Below the pieces are notes generated by a model. It ran no database searches. It had not been told where the DNA came from and saw only the letters and a list, made by a program, of their open reading frames with translations. Below are positions 17,903-26,981 of a stretch of DNA of 26,981 nucleotides, in pieces. The stretch spans positions 1 through 26,981 of the forward strand of contig JBNKNM010000059.1 of NCBI GenBank assembly GCA_050293845.1, read 5' to 3'. Source of the DNA: Pseudobacteriovorax sp. (GTDB lineage Bacteria > Bdellovibrionota_B > Oligoflexia > Oligoflexales > Oligoflexaceae). The translations under genes were made by a program, and so were the position numbers. Numbering within the stretch: position 1 is the first letter of the stretch; each line of letters begins with the position of its first letter.

Positions 17903-19183
17903 TTGGTGAACATGGGCATTTTAGTTATCTTTTGGCTTTCTTTAGCTGTGGTGTCTGCTGCTTTTGGTCAAGAGTCCCGTGCAAGCGTAGGAACATGGAA
18001 TCAACAATTTGCCATCATTGGGGATGGTATCAAAACTTTAAAGCGTCGGTTGCCATATATACGGAAAGCTCGTTTTGATAACATTATCAAGCAACCTGAG
18101 AAAAAGGTTGGCAATATCCTACTATATAACCGCGTAGATTTTACATTTTCCCCTGTTGGACCTCGCTATCGCAATTCACTTCTTCAGGATTTTCGCAAGA
18201 GTCTCAAGGGCTCTCCTGTGAAGCGCATTTACTTCTATTATAAAAATCGGCGTTTTGTATTTGATCGGTTGCGCCAAAACCGTTTTTCTCAGATGCCTGA
18301 AACGGTGCTCTTCGTTTGTAAAACCATGCTGCAGAAAAAATATCAAGGCTTTGAACTAGATAACATTATTCGCGACACTGCTAAAAACTTTTGGGCGGTC
18401 ACAGTTGAAAACAATATAAAGTATTTGAAAGTTACTGCAGTAAAAAACCCCACTCCTCATCCATCACGGGAGTTTCGTAGTATTCAGGCCGCAAAAAAAT
18501 TCATTCAGAACCGATATAAGGTCGGAAAAATACGGGACGTTAGTAGCTATTGGACCATGTTCCAATTAGAAAGCTTGGAGTTAGCTCTTTCGCGTTTACG
18601 CGCCAAGGAATTAGTAGCATTGCGTGGCTTGCCCTTCCATCGGGTAAAAGTGCTGTCGCAGGACCCTAACCGTGCAGCCAATTATCATAGAAAGAACAAC
18701 ACCGCTGTCATAAATGTTAGCGATAATGCTACTATCCAGCGTTATTCTTTTATGGGAGAACCATCTAAACCGATACTAAAAAACAGTATGGTTTTCCTTC
18801 ATGAAATAGGTCACGCAATAGCCAATCGTTTTATTTTGGAAAGTCACGATATATTTATAAGGTGGCAAAATCAAAGAGAGGTGTTTGAAAGTATCAAGAA
18901 CTTCTTGCTCCCACAACAAATCATGATGTTATCAAGGAACAACCCCTTCAATATTGTACCTTTAGAAGAGTTTATTGGATTTCCTGACAGAAATCCTATT
19001 TTGGCAGCCTATGGTAAAATTCCAGGAAGTGCAGATGGTCCTACCATTTATGGAAGAGGTTCGGTTACGGAGTCGTTTGCGGAAAGCTTTGCCCTTTATC
19101 ACCTCGATCCAAAGGCTTTGCAAAGGGTATCACCAGCGGTTTACGAGTTTTTTAGGCAGCAGCGTCATCTTTTTCTATATTGA
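17903..19183 (+). CDS. Secreted HExxH zinc-metallopeptidase-like protein
   Basis: Signal peptide ending AAFG, FLHEIGHAI, and distal YG...ESFAESFALY (gluzincin-type third ligand). Confidence 0.72.
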   Translation: MVNMGILVIFWLSLAVVSAAFGQESRASVGTWNQQFAIIGDGIKTLKRRLPYIRKARFDNIIKQPEKKVGNILLYNRVDFTFSPVGPRYRNSLLQDFRKSLKGSPVKRIYFYYKNRRFVFDRLRQNRFSQMPETVLFVCKTMLQKKYQGFELDNIIRDTAKNFWAVTVENNIKYLKVTAVKNPTPHPSREFRSIQAAKKFIQNRYKVGKIRDVSSYWTMFQLESLELALSRLRAKELVALRGLPFHRVKVLSQDPNRAANYHRKNNTAVINVSDNATIQRYSFMGEPSKPILKNSMVFLHEIGHAIANRFILESHDIFIRWQNQREVFESIKNFLLPQQIMMLSRNNPFNIVPLEEFIGFPDRNPILAAYGKIPGSADGPTIYGRGSVTESFAESFALYHLDPKALQRVSPAVYEFFRQQRHLFLY

Positions 19184-19392
19184 ATATATCGGCCATCGGA
19201 AGAATTGAGTATTGGGATCACTTGTATGCATTACGAGTCGGCTGTCAAATATTTTGACAGCAGGGCTAGTTTTACTAGTTATTACTAAATCAAATTTATG
19301 GACATATATTTGCATCGATGTCGGTAGTTTTTCATAAAGGTTAAGGTAAAGATACTTGTCTTTTTCAGCACGGTAAGTAGGAAGGAAAACCA

Positions 19393-20079
19393 ATGCATGA
19401 GAGATCTATAGCTGTACCTCATTCTGGATTAGGGTCGCGAGAAAATTTCATAAGAATGACTTATCTACATCTTTTTGCAGCGATTCTTTTTTTTACTGGA
19501 ATCGAATATCTATTGTTTCAGTCGGGGATTGCCTTTAAACTTCTGCAATTAGTTGCTGGGTTCAACTGGTTGATGATCCTTGCTGCTTTTATGGTTTTAA
19601 GTTGGATAGCGATGCGTTTTGCCGCAAGTTCAAGCAGTAAGCCCATGCAGTATTTTGGTTTTACTATATATATTGTTCTGGAAGCCTTACTTTTTGCACC
19701 GTTGCTCTATATCGCGGAATATAAGTCAGGAGGAGGTGCTATAGAAAGTGCTGCTACAGCAACCCTTCTTGGCTTTGGAGGGATAACAGCGCTTGGATTT
19801 GCCTTCAAAAGGGATTTTTCATGGCTCGGTAAGATTCTATCCATTTGCGGGATAGGGGCTTTTGTTCTGATTGCCTGTGGAGCTTTATTCGGTTTTTCCC
19901 TCGGAGTATATTTTTCAGTGGGAATGGTTGTATTTGCAGGTGCTGCTATTTTGCATGACACCAGCAATATTATTCATCATTATGGTGAAGACCAGCATGT
20001 GGCTGCAGCGATGCATCTGTTTTCTTCCATTGCCTTAATGTTCTGGTATGTTTTGCGAATTTTCTCATCCAGAGACTGA
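19393..20079 (+). CDS. Bax inhibitor-1/YccA family membrane protein
   Basis: RENFIRMTYLHL, about seven TM segments, KRDFSWLG and ILHDTSNII...AAMHLF. Confidence 0.9.
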   Translation: MHERSIAVPHSGLGSRENFIRMTYLHLFAAILFFTGIEYLLFQSGIAFKLLQLVAGFNWLMILAAFMVLSWIAMRFAASSSSKPMQYFGFTIYIVLEALLFAPLLYIAEYKSGGGAIESAATATLLGFGGITALGFAFKRDFSWLGKILSICGIGAFVLIACGALFGFSLGVYFSVGMVVFAGAAILHDTSNIIHHYGEDQHVAAAMHLFSSIALMFWYVLRIFSSRD

Positions 20080-20585
20080 TGTTAGTCAGTCCTCTGATGA
20101 GGGGCAACATTGGTAGATCCTACATATTGGAAGTTAAAAGTATTTATGTTGTTTTGGCGTATAGCGCTGAACGTTTGTAGTAAGAACAATCTTCAGCCCA
20201 CATAGACTTGGATGAAAAGGCTGGAGACCGCATTTTTCAACCGCATACTCTACATTTCATTTGGCATCCACCTCACAAGCATATATATTGGTTTTAACAC
20301 TTTAGGAGTAAACAAGTATACGGGATGCTGCATAAGTGAAGCTTTTGCCAATAATCCTGCTAGCTCTGTATTAGATGAAATATGATATCGATCTATACTT
20401 GTTGTATGGAGGGAAATCACTTTGATCTACGGCTCCTTGATAATTCATGATGTCAGGGAGGAAGTACCTGTTTTCAAAGTCAATCTAAAGCGCCCGACAC
20501 GTTATGCAAGTGCGGGGACCAAAGGTGGAACAACATATTCTTTTGATACTGTGAGTCTGATCTATGGTCAAATCTGTGAGTTAGT

Positions 20586-21617
20586 ATGGCTTTTCTTAAA
20601 TCATTCTCTTGTCTTTATTTAGTCTTCCTCTTTTCTTGTGTTATGCATAGAGATAAGCAGGGTGTTGATGTCAACAAACTTGTGGGAGCCCGACAGGAGG
20701 CTTGGTTGTTGACCGTCGTCAATCGACCAGCAGATTCAAATATTCAGCGTATTGTTGTATTAGGCGATTCTTTGTCTGACACCAATAACTTACGAAGCAA
20801 GACATTTCAATTTACCTTGCCACCTCAACTATATTGGAAGGGTCGTTTTTCTAATGGTCCGATATGGGTTGATTATGTCAAATCCACTCTAAAGATATCC
20901 GTTAAAAACTATGCCGTCGGTGGTGCGGAAACGGGACAAATTTCCGGATTAAAATCTTTGTTCATCGATAGCTTAAAAGAGCAAGCTCAAAAATATCTGC
21001 AAGAGAGTACAAGTGCAGAACGTAGGCACGATCTTTTAGTTATTTGGATCGGCCCCAATAACTACTTTGTCAAAAATAATGACAACCCCAAGAATGTAGT
21101 CGATGACATTGGAAGAGTAGCTAGGCAGACATTATCATATAAGATCCAGCGCTTAGTTCTAGGAACCATGCCAGAATTGGCTTTTCTTCCTGTTCCCCCT
21201 GGGCATAAAAAAGCACGCCCCGATAGCGAGTTTGTGCAGATCACCAAAAAGCACAATACTCGTATTAAACAGCTAGTGAAATATTTGGCGGAAAGATTTC
21301 CCGACAGAGCGGTTTTGACCTTTGATGCTCACAGTATTTATAGTAAAACAACAAGTTATCCTAAAGATTATGGCTTTGCCAACCTCAAAAGAGCTTGCTA
21401 TCCAGGAGATGTGTTTGGTTCTTTTTATCAAGGGAATTCACTTTGCAAGAAATTTCTTAGCACACGGCACTGGGATTATGTACATCCAAATACGATGATG
21501 CATTGCTATTATGCAGCTCAATTTCTCCATGATATTAAGAGCTTGTTGCATGGCTTTCGCTTTGAGTATACATCTCTGATCGATAGGTGTCACCAACTCA
21601 TGAAAAGGGAGTTGTAA
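20586..21617 (+). CDS. SGNH/GDSL lipase/acyltransferase, probable lipoprotein
   Basis: GDSLSD, GRFSNGPIW, NYAVGGA, WIGPNNY and WDYVHP blocks; lipobox-like FLFSC. Confidence 0.92.
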   Translation: MAFLKSFSCLYLVFLFSCVMHRDKQGVDVNKLVGARQEAWLLTVVNRPADSNIQRIVVLGDSLSDTNNLRSKTFQFTLPPQLYWKGRFSNGPIWVDYVKSTLKISVKNYAVGGAETGQISGLKSLFIDSLKEQAQKYLQESTSAERRHDLLVIWIGPNNYFVKNNDNPKNVVDDIGRVARQTLSYKIQRLVLGTMPELAFLPVPPGHKKARPDSEFVQITKKHNTRIKQLVKYLAERFPDRAVLTFDAHSIYSKTTSYPKDYGFANLKRACYPGDVFGSFYQGNSLCKKFLSTRHWDYVHPNTMMHCYYAAQFLHDIKSLLHGFRFEYTSLIDRCHQLMKREL

Positions 21618-21686
21618 TAATTATCCCATTCAGATGCATTGTTTCATCCTTGTTCAGGGTATTGCAAATATTTATGTAGGATAAGT

Positions 21687-22436
21687 ATGATTAGTAATTT
21701 TTCAGCGAAATATGGAATGTTACGCTCCCTGGTAATTTATCGCTGGCTTCCAGGTCGTCGGCGTACACTGACCAATTTTTATTCACAATTTATCAAGCCT
21801 GGGGATATTTGCTTTGACCTTGGAGCGCATGTAGGTAGTAGAACTAGGGTTTGGTCTGATCTCGGTGCGAAAGTGATAGCCTTTGAACCGCAGAATTTAT
21901 TTTTCCAGTATTTAAGAAAAGAATTTGCAAATAATTCCATGGTTGTTATAGAAAAAAAAGCTATTGGCAATCATAACGGTAAAGTGAAACTAATGGTAAG
22001 CGACAAAACACCAACGGTGAGTACTGTTGATCCTCAATGGATCAGCGACGTTAAAGTGGACAAGCGATTTTCCAAAATCGATTGGAACCGCAAAGAGAAT
22101 GTCGTGATGATTACCTTAGACAAAGCCATCTCTCAATATGGAATGCCTACTTTTATTAAAATTGACGTCGAAGGATTCGAGGAAGATGTTATTTCTGGTT
22201 TGTCGACGAAAGTCCCTTGTGTTTCTTTTGAATATATTCCTGTCACTAAGGATAGGGCTATCCGCTGCATCCAGCATTTAGAGCGATTAGATCGCTATTG
22301 CTACAATTGGTCCCAAACAGAATCGATGCACTTAGAATCATCCCAATGGCTAAGTGCTAAGCTAATGATTTCAATTCTGAGCAAGCTTAAGATTGCAGAT
22401 CGATCAGGTGATATCTATGCAAAACAAGCCAGATGA
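21687..22436 (+). CDS. FkbM family methyltransferase
   Basis: FDLGAHVG, VIAFEPQ and FIKIDVEGFE; likely ATG start at 21687. Confidence 0.92.
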   Translation: MISNFSAKYGMLRSLVIYRWLPGRRRTLTNFYSQFIKPGDICFDLGAHVGSRTRVWSDLGAKVIAFEPQNLFFQYLRKEFANNSMVVIEKKAIGNHNGKVKLMVSDKTPTVSTVDPQWISDVKVDKRFSKIDWNRKENVVMITLDKAISQYGMPTFIKIDVEGFEEDVISGLSTKVPCVSFEYIPVTKDRAIRCIQHLERLDRYCYNWSQTESMHLESSQWLSAKLMISILSKLKIADRSGDIYAKQAR

Positions 22437-22775
22437 CTGTTTCATCAAAGTCCCCATTTTCCCTGCCATTTATTGATCGATTATTTATTAGCGACAATAA
22501 TGGAAAAAGTTCGATAATCTCTCACCTTTTGGATTGGCGAAGCGGAATGCTATGGGCTGACAGAGTGCTCCAAAAAGATATAGTTAGGTGGTAGGAAGGT
22601 ACATTGAGGAATTGGAGCAGTGCTTAGTTTATCAATTTTCTAAAGAATATCGTAAACTGCAATATCAGTAAGCTTTCATAGTCTAAATCAGCAGCTTTAG
22701 GTTTTTCACGTTGAAAGATTCGGCTATCTTTTGCAAAGGCAAGTCGTTTTGATTATAGATTGGAGATTTTTCATA

Positions 22776-24809
22776 ATGAAATCGCTTATTCTGGCTACAA
22801 CAATGTCAACCCTATCAAGTAGCGCTATGGGGCAAGAACCTATAACACCAAAGCGTTTGTGGGAGTTAAAAAGATTATCTGATCCTGACCTAGCTCCAAA
22901 AGGCCAAGAAGCCATTGTCACAGCTCAAACATGGGGTGATGAAGATGATCACTTCCAAGCGGAGCTTTGGCGGGTAGATACAAGTACTGGTAAGCAAGCT
23001 AAATTGGCTGATGGACCTTTCAGTTCCCATGGGCGATATAGTCCAGATGGCAAGAAAGTTGCTTATCTTTCTAAAGTCGATAAGGAAGACAAAGCTCAGA
23101 TCTACCTCATACCTCTTGATGGTGATAAAAAAGCTCAGAAGCTGACTGCGGTGCCAGACGGGGTCACTAGCTTCAAGTGGAATCCTACAGGAAGCTCTAT
23201 AGTCTTCACGACATCGGTTCAATCAGGCCTAGACCTAAATGCCTATGCTAAAGCCAAAGAGCAGGAAAAATCAGAGAAGGTGACCGCAAAGGAATATACT
23301 GGCTCATTGACTCGTTTCTGGGACCACTGGTTGGATGATAAAATAGAAACTCATCTCTATGCAGTGAATATTGGTACCGGTAAGATTACTGAAATCACTT
23401 CCAGTAGTGGGTATAGCCTGTCTCAATTTACGCACCAAATCGGATCGACCTATGATATCTCACCTGATGGCGAGTCGTTTGTGTTTAGCTCTGACACTAG
23501 CACCGACAATAATTTCTATGAAGATCTTATCTATTATCACCGACCAAGTAACAAATTTCTAAACATAACTGAAGCGAATGCTGCCAGTGATGGGCAAGCT
23601 CGTTTTGGCCCGAATGGGAAGATTGTCTTTTTACAGCAACGTTTAACAGGTTTCTATGCAGATAAGAATCGTATTATGATTTATGATCCGTCTACAAAAA
23701 AGACATCTCAAGTAGCAGCAGCCTGGGATCGGAGCCCCAGAGATATTCAGTGGCATCCCAATGGTCACAGCCTCTGGGGTACCGTAGAGGATCAAGGTCA
23801 AGTTAAAGTGTACGAAATCCTCCTCAATAGTGAAAAGGTAAGATATAAAACCTCTACGAAGAGCTATACTTCCCTAAAAACTAATGTTGATGGTAGCACG
23901 ATGATTGCCCTTGAAATGAGCCTCAGTTACCCTCCTCGTTTGGTTAAGTTTGATAATTTGAAGATTCAGCCAAAGGCCATCAAAATTGGCAGTTTCAACG
24001 ATAAAGTCTTAGGCGAAATTCAAATGGGCCGTGTGGAAACAGTGACCTACAAAGGAGCCAATGGGGATGATATTCAAATGTGGATCAACTACCCACCTAA
24101 TTTTGATCCTGAGAAAAAATGGCCTCTCTATCTTCTACTTCATGGTGGTCCTCACAATGCATTAAATGACGAATTTCATTTTCGATGGAATTCACAAGTA
24201 TTTGCAGCCTGGGGTTACGTTGTCGCTTGGCACAATTTCCATGGTTCATCGGGATTTGGTCAGGATTTTACGGCATCGATTTTGGAGAATACTCGTGACA
24301 TGCCTTACCAAGATACTATCGAAGCGGCTAACTTTTTCAAAAACAAACCATGGATCGATAAAAACCGCATGGCTGCTGGAGGTGGTAGCTTTGGCGGGTA
24401 TTTAGCTTCTGTCTTGCAAGGTGCAAAACATCCATTTACAACTTTGATTAACCATGCGGGAGTTTATAATAGTTTCACCCAGATTGCTGCTGACTATGGC
24501 AGTTCTGATAAATATCCCGCTGAATTTTGGGATCGACCTGATAAATTTCTAGATGAATCACCCCACTGGCATGCGAAGAATTTTAAGACTCCCATGTTGG
24601 TTATCCATGGTGGGAAGGACTATAGAGTTCCTGTAAACCATGGTATCGAAATCTACCAAACCTTGCAGAAGAAAGGAATTCCTAGCAAGTTTATCTATTA
24701 CCCGGACGAGAATCATTGGGTCTTGAAACGCCATAACTCGATTCATTGGTATAATGCGAAAAAAGCTTGGCTAGACAAATATAATCTGACTAAAGCACCA
24801 TCTCACTAG
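22776..24809 (+). CDS. Secreted S9 family peptidase (acylaminoacyl/dipeptidyl peptidase)
   Basis: Signal peptide, PD40-like propeller (YSPDGKKVAY), LHGGPH, GGSFGG nucleophile, DYRVP and DENHW. GGAG precedes the ATG at 22776. Confidence 0.95.
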   Translation: MKSLILATTMSTLSSSAMGQEPITPKRLWELKRLSDPDLAPKGQEAIVTAQTWGDEDDHFQAELWRVDTSTGKQAKLADGPFSSHGRYSPDGKKVAYLSKVDKEDKAQIYLIPLDGDKKAQKLTAVPDGVTSFKWNPTGSSIVFTTSVQSGLDLNAYAKAKEQEKSEKVTAKEYTGSLTRFWDHWLDDKIETHLYAVNIGTGKITEITSSSGYSLSQFTHQIGSTYDISPDGESFVFSSDTSTDNNFYEDLIYYHRPSNKFLNITEANAASDGQARFGPNGKIVFLQQRLTGFYADKNRIMIYDPSTKKTSQVAAAWDRSPRDIQWHPNGHSLWGTVEDQGQVKVYEILLNSEKVRYKTSTKSYTSLKTNVDGSTMIALEMSLSYPPRLVKFDNLKIQPKAIKIGSFNDKVLGEIQMGRVETVTYKGANGDDIQMWINYPPNFDPEKKWPLYLLLHGGPHNALNDEFHFRWNSQVFAAWGYVVAWHNFHGSSGFGQDFTASILENTRDMPYQDTIEAANFFKNKPWIDKNRMAAGGGSFGGYLASVLQGAKHPFTTLINHAGVYNSFTQIAADYGSSDKYPAEFWDRPDKFLDESPHWHAKNFKTPMLVIHGGKDYRVPVNHGIEIYQTLQKKGIPSKFIYYPDENHWVLKRHNSIHWYNAKKAWLDKYNLTKAPSH

Positions 24810-24908
24810 TATCATAAAAAAAGCTCTTTCTATGAAAATTAACGTTTTTCAGGGCTCTAATGGGATATTAGCCTAGATAAAAAAGGCAATATCCTTTCCT
24901 GATTCGTT

Positions 24909-25084
24909 TTAGCTACACGCTTTTTGAGCCTCATATTTAGCCATTGCAGCCTTACCGAAAATCCAGTGCCAGTATCCCGAGAATAATTCGAGACCAATTA
25001 GCCAATTTATAATATTGTCAAATTTCAATCCTACATAAAGCAAAAAACGCTAATGATAAATTGATATATACCGACTTTATTCAT
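24909..25084 (-). pseudogene. Possible small membrane protein gene broken by a frameshift in a T6 run
   Basis: GAGGAG SD + ATG gives 17 aa then a stop; adding one T at 25042-25047 gives a 58-aa hydrophobic ORF. Confidence 0.35.
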
Positions 25085-25434
25085 GCTGTATTTCTCCTCA
25101 GTATACTCTAATATCTAATTTTAGGATGTCCTCACAGGCTCTCCCATTCTCCTATAATGATCAGCTATGAGTTTCGTAGATTTTCTGTAAAACTTCAACA
25201 GTTTACTCCTTCCTTGACATCGTCATAGTCATGTGCTGAGCCGACAAACAGTGTTTCTAAAATCATTTGTCCAAAAAAATTTAGATCCACTCTATCAACG
25301 AACTCAACTTGTTTGCAGGAGTTATTAAATAAGAAGCATATTATGGCTTTGTTATGTTGTGCGTGGCGCGTTTAGCAACATTTTCGTAATTGCTTAACAA
25401 TATTTTCCTTTATGCCTGCATGAATACCTTGATA

Positions 25435-26013
25435 CTAGTTTTTCTGGATTTTTTTAATTTCTTCTTTTGTTAACGGCACGACTTCCTTAGCGGCAAGAGC
25501 ATATGACTTTTCAAAATTGCCAAGCAAGGCATCTAACATTCTTAGATTGATAGCGTTTCCAAAAGCTTTCTCCTTATCTTTTGCAACGGCATCACGATGT
25601 TTTTTTAGCATCGCCTTATCTTTTTTCAAAAAACCAATAGTCGCCTTCACATAATCATTCCATCGAAACTTTGATGCCATATCTTGCTTATCAGATCTCA
25701 GACTTTTTTCGGCGTAGCTTATAGCTTCGTTGGTTTGACCTGCCGTAGCACGTAGCTGAGCTACATGCCAAATTAAAAGTCCTTCTTTTGCATCATTTGT
25801 TTTGATATAGGCGAGTATAAGGTCTGCAGCTTCCTTTGGGCAATTGCCCGCCAAAGCTCTAAAACCCTTAGTTTCAGTTTGATCAAAGTCTTGGTAGCTC
25901 AGCTTCATATCTGTTTTTAAATGTTTTTCATATAGTTCCCCACAACTGTCTGCTGCGATAGCAATTGGCCCAAACCAGATTAAGGAAGTTAGAATTATTA
26001 ACGATTTTTTCAT
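25435..26013 (-). CDS. Secreted alpha-helical hypothetical protein
   Basis: Signal peptide MKKSLIILTSLIWFGPIAIAA with GGAG SD. Helical/TPR-like segment WHVAQLRATAGQTNEAISYA, then WNDYVKATIGFL. Confidence 0.75.
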   Translation of the reverse strand: MKKSLIILTSLIWFGPIAIAADSCGELYEKHLKTDMKLSYQDFDQTETKGFRALAGNCPKEAADLILAYIKTNDAKEGLLIWHVAQLRATAGQTNEAISYAEKSLRSDKQDMASKFRWNDYVKATIGFLKKDKAMLKKHRDAVAKDKEKAFGNAINLRMLDALLGNFEKSYALAAKEVVPLTKEEIKKIQKN

Positions 26014-26424
26014 CGATGACTCCATGTGAAAGATCAAATATTCGTATGAAGATTAGTCTGACAAACATTAGACTGTGATTATTTTAGACTAAGAAATGAT
26101 GCCCATTCTTACGTAACAAACTCGATAATTTGGATTAGCTATTTATAATGGCAGTCAATCTGAGAATTGCTTTCTCAGAGAAAAAGAGATCTGTTGGATA
26201 AGGAGTAACAACTAAATCATTACACTCGATATGTGAGTTTAATCTTGTGAATTTTACCCACCCGTAAGAATTAATTTACTTCTGAAAAAAACTTCTATCC
26301 ATTTGTTGATTTCACCACATATAGCTTTGAGAATATGCATCAAATTGCGGGAAAATTACCGAACTTCATATGTACCTAAGCCATTCTTCTTAAGAAAATC
26401 CAGACTTTGGTGGAAAAAGGTGAA

Positions 26425-26441
26425 TTGGCATCGATTTTGCT
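26425..26441 (+). promoter_or_regulatory. Sigma54 (-24/-12) promoter
   Basis: TTGGCATCGATTTTGCT versus TGGCAC-N5-TTGCW, with exact GG-N10-GC spacing. Confidence 0.75.
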
Positions 26442-26485
26442 TTGAAAGAGTCAAAGTTTCTTTGGAAAAGTGAAGGAGGCCGTTT

Positions 26486-26929
26486 ATGAGTCACTGGATA
26501 TCAAGGCGCAATGAACACCCCATGAATCAATTACAAAAATTTATCGATGATTTTTGGAATCAACCAATGTCTACTTGGGGAGATCGCACAGAGGAAAAAT
26601 TTAGTCCTAAAGTAGAGATCAAAGAAAAGGACGATCATATCAGTATCAAAGCTGAGGTGCCTGGTATGTCCGAAGAAGATTTAGTTTTAAATCTTCATCG
26701 TGATTATTTGATATTAAAAGGTGAGAAGCAAACCGACTCGGAATCGGATAAAGATGGTGCCCATTATACAGAGTGCCATTATGGAGCTTTTCAGAGGCGC
26801 ATTCCTTTACCTTATGAAATCAATATTGAAAAGGCCAGTGCTGACTATAAAAATGGTGTCTTAAAAATCGAATTAGAAAAAGCTGAAACTGAAAAAGTAC
26901 GGACTCGAAATATCCCCATCCGTAGCTAG
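26486..26929 (+). CDS. Hsp20/alpha-crystallin small heat shock protein
   Basis: PKVEIKE...AEVPGM, LKGEK, YGAFQRRIPLP and ADYKNGVLKI; C-terminal IPI motif; AAGGAGG SD. Confidence 0.95.
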   Translation: MSHWISRRNEHPMNQLQKFIDDFWNQPMSTWGDRTEEKFSPKVEIKEKDDHISIKAEVPGMSEEDLVLNLHRDYLILKGEKQTDSESDKDGAHYTECHYGAFQRRIPLPYEINIEKASADYKNGVLKIELEKAETEKVRTRNIPIRS

Positions 26930-26937
26930 TGTTTCTT

Positions 26938-26968
26938 AGAGTTGGATGGTGGTGCTCCATCCAGCTCT
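26938..26968 (+). terminator. Hairpin after hsp20
   Basis: AGAGTTGGATGG-N7-CCATCCAGCTCT 12-bp stem (one G-U pair). Confidence 0.65.
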
Positions 26969-26981
26969 CAACTATTCCTTT

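Noticed and set aside
19175..19393. 72-aa minus-strand ORF
   Set aside because: Spans the upstream region of the BI-1 gene, opposes both neighbours, and has no supporting features
20269..20280. CACCTCACAAGC, identical to 38-49 in the omega-RNA scaffold
   Set aside because: Flanks do not align and there is no hairpin; an isolated 12-mer can occur by chance
25195..25371. Open minus-strand stretch (...CFLFNNSCKQVEFVDRVDLNFFGQMILETLFVGSAHDYDDVKEGVNC)
   Set aside because: No start codon with an SD and no recognisable family; cannot be supported without blastx
1..26981. CRISPR arrays, tRNA/rRNA genes, prophage, defence-system genes and riboswitches
   Set aside because: I saw no repeat-spacer periodicity, cloverleaf, phage or defence motifs, or recognisable riboswitch consensus by eye

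Overview
About 27 kb of AT-rich bacterial chromosome. The flagellin N-terminus, a REC+PilZ-like protein and many secreted hypothetical proteins suggest Bdellovibrionota/Oligoflexia (inference). The window begins inside the 5' end of a putative HEARO/omega-RNA of an IS200/IS605-family IscB/IsrB (OMEGA) element on the minus strand; any nuclease gene lies off-window. It then carries secreted/lipoprotein hypotheticals (one FN3 + DM9-repeat lipoprotein), rsmE, a flagellin with CsrA-type leader hairpins, a Cys-rich hypothetical, HU, a TraB/GumN protein and a response regulator. Next is a divergent acetate module: acs versus DcaP porin, DUF4212 and an ActP-like symporter. After that come pirin, trxC, an unannotated 49-aa lipoprotein, an HExxH metallopeptidase, a BI-1/YccA protein, a GDSL lipase, an FkbM methyltransferase, an S9 peptidase, a possible frameshifted small membrane gene, a secreted helical protein and Hsp20 with a sigma54 promoter. 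Several non-flagellar genes have sigma28-like promoters. All calls come from reading the sequence and motifs; no database searches were run.
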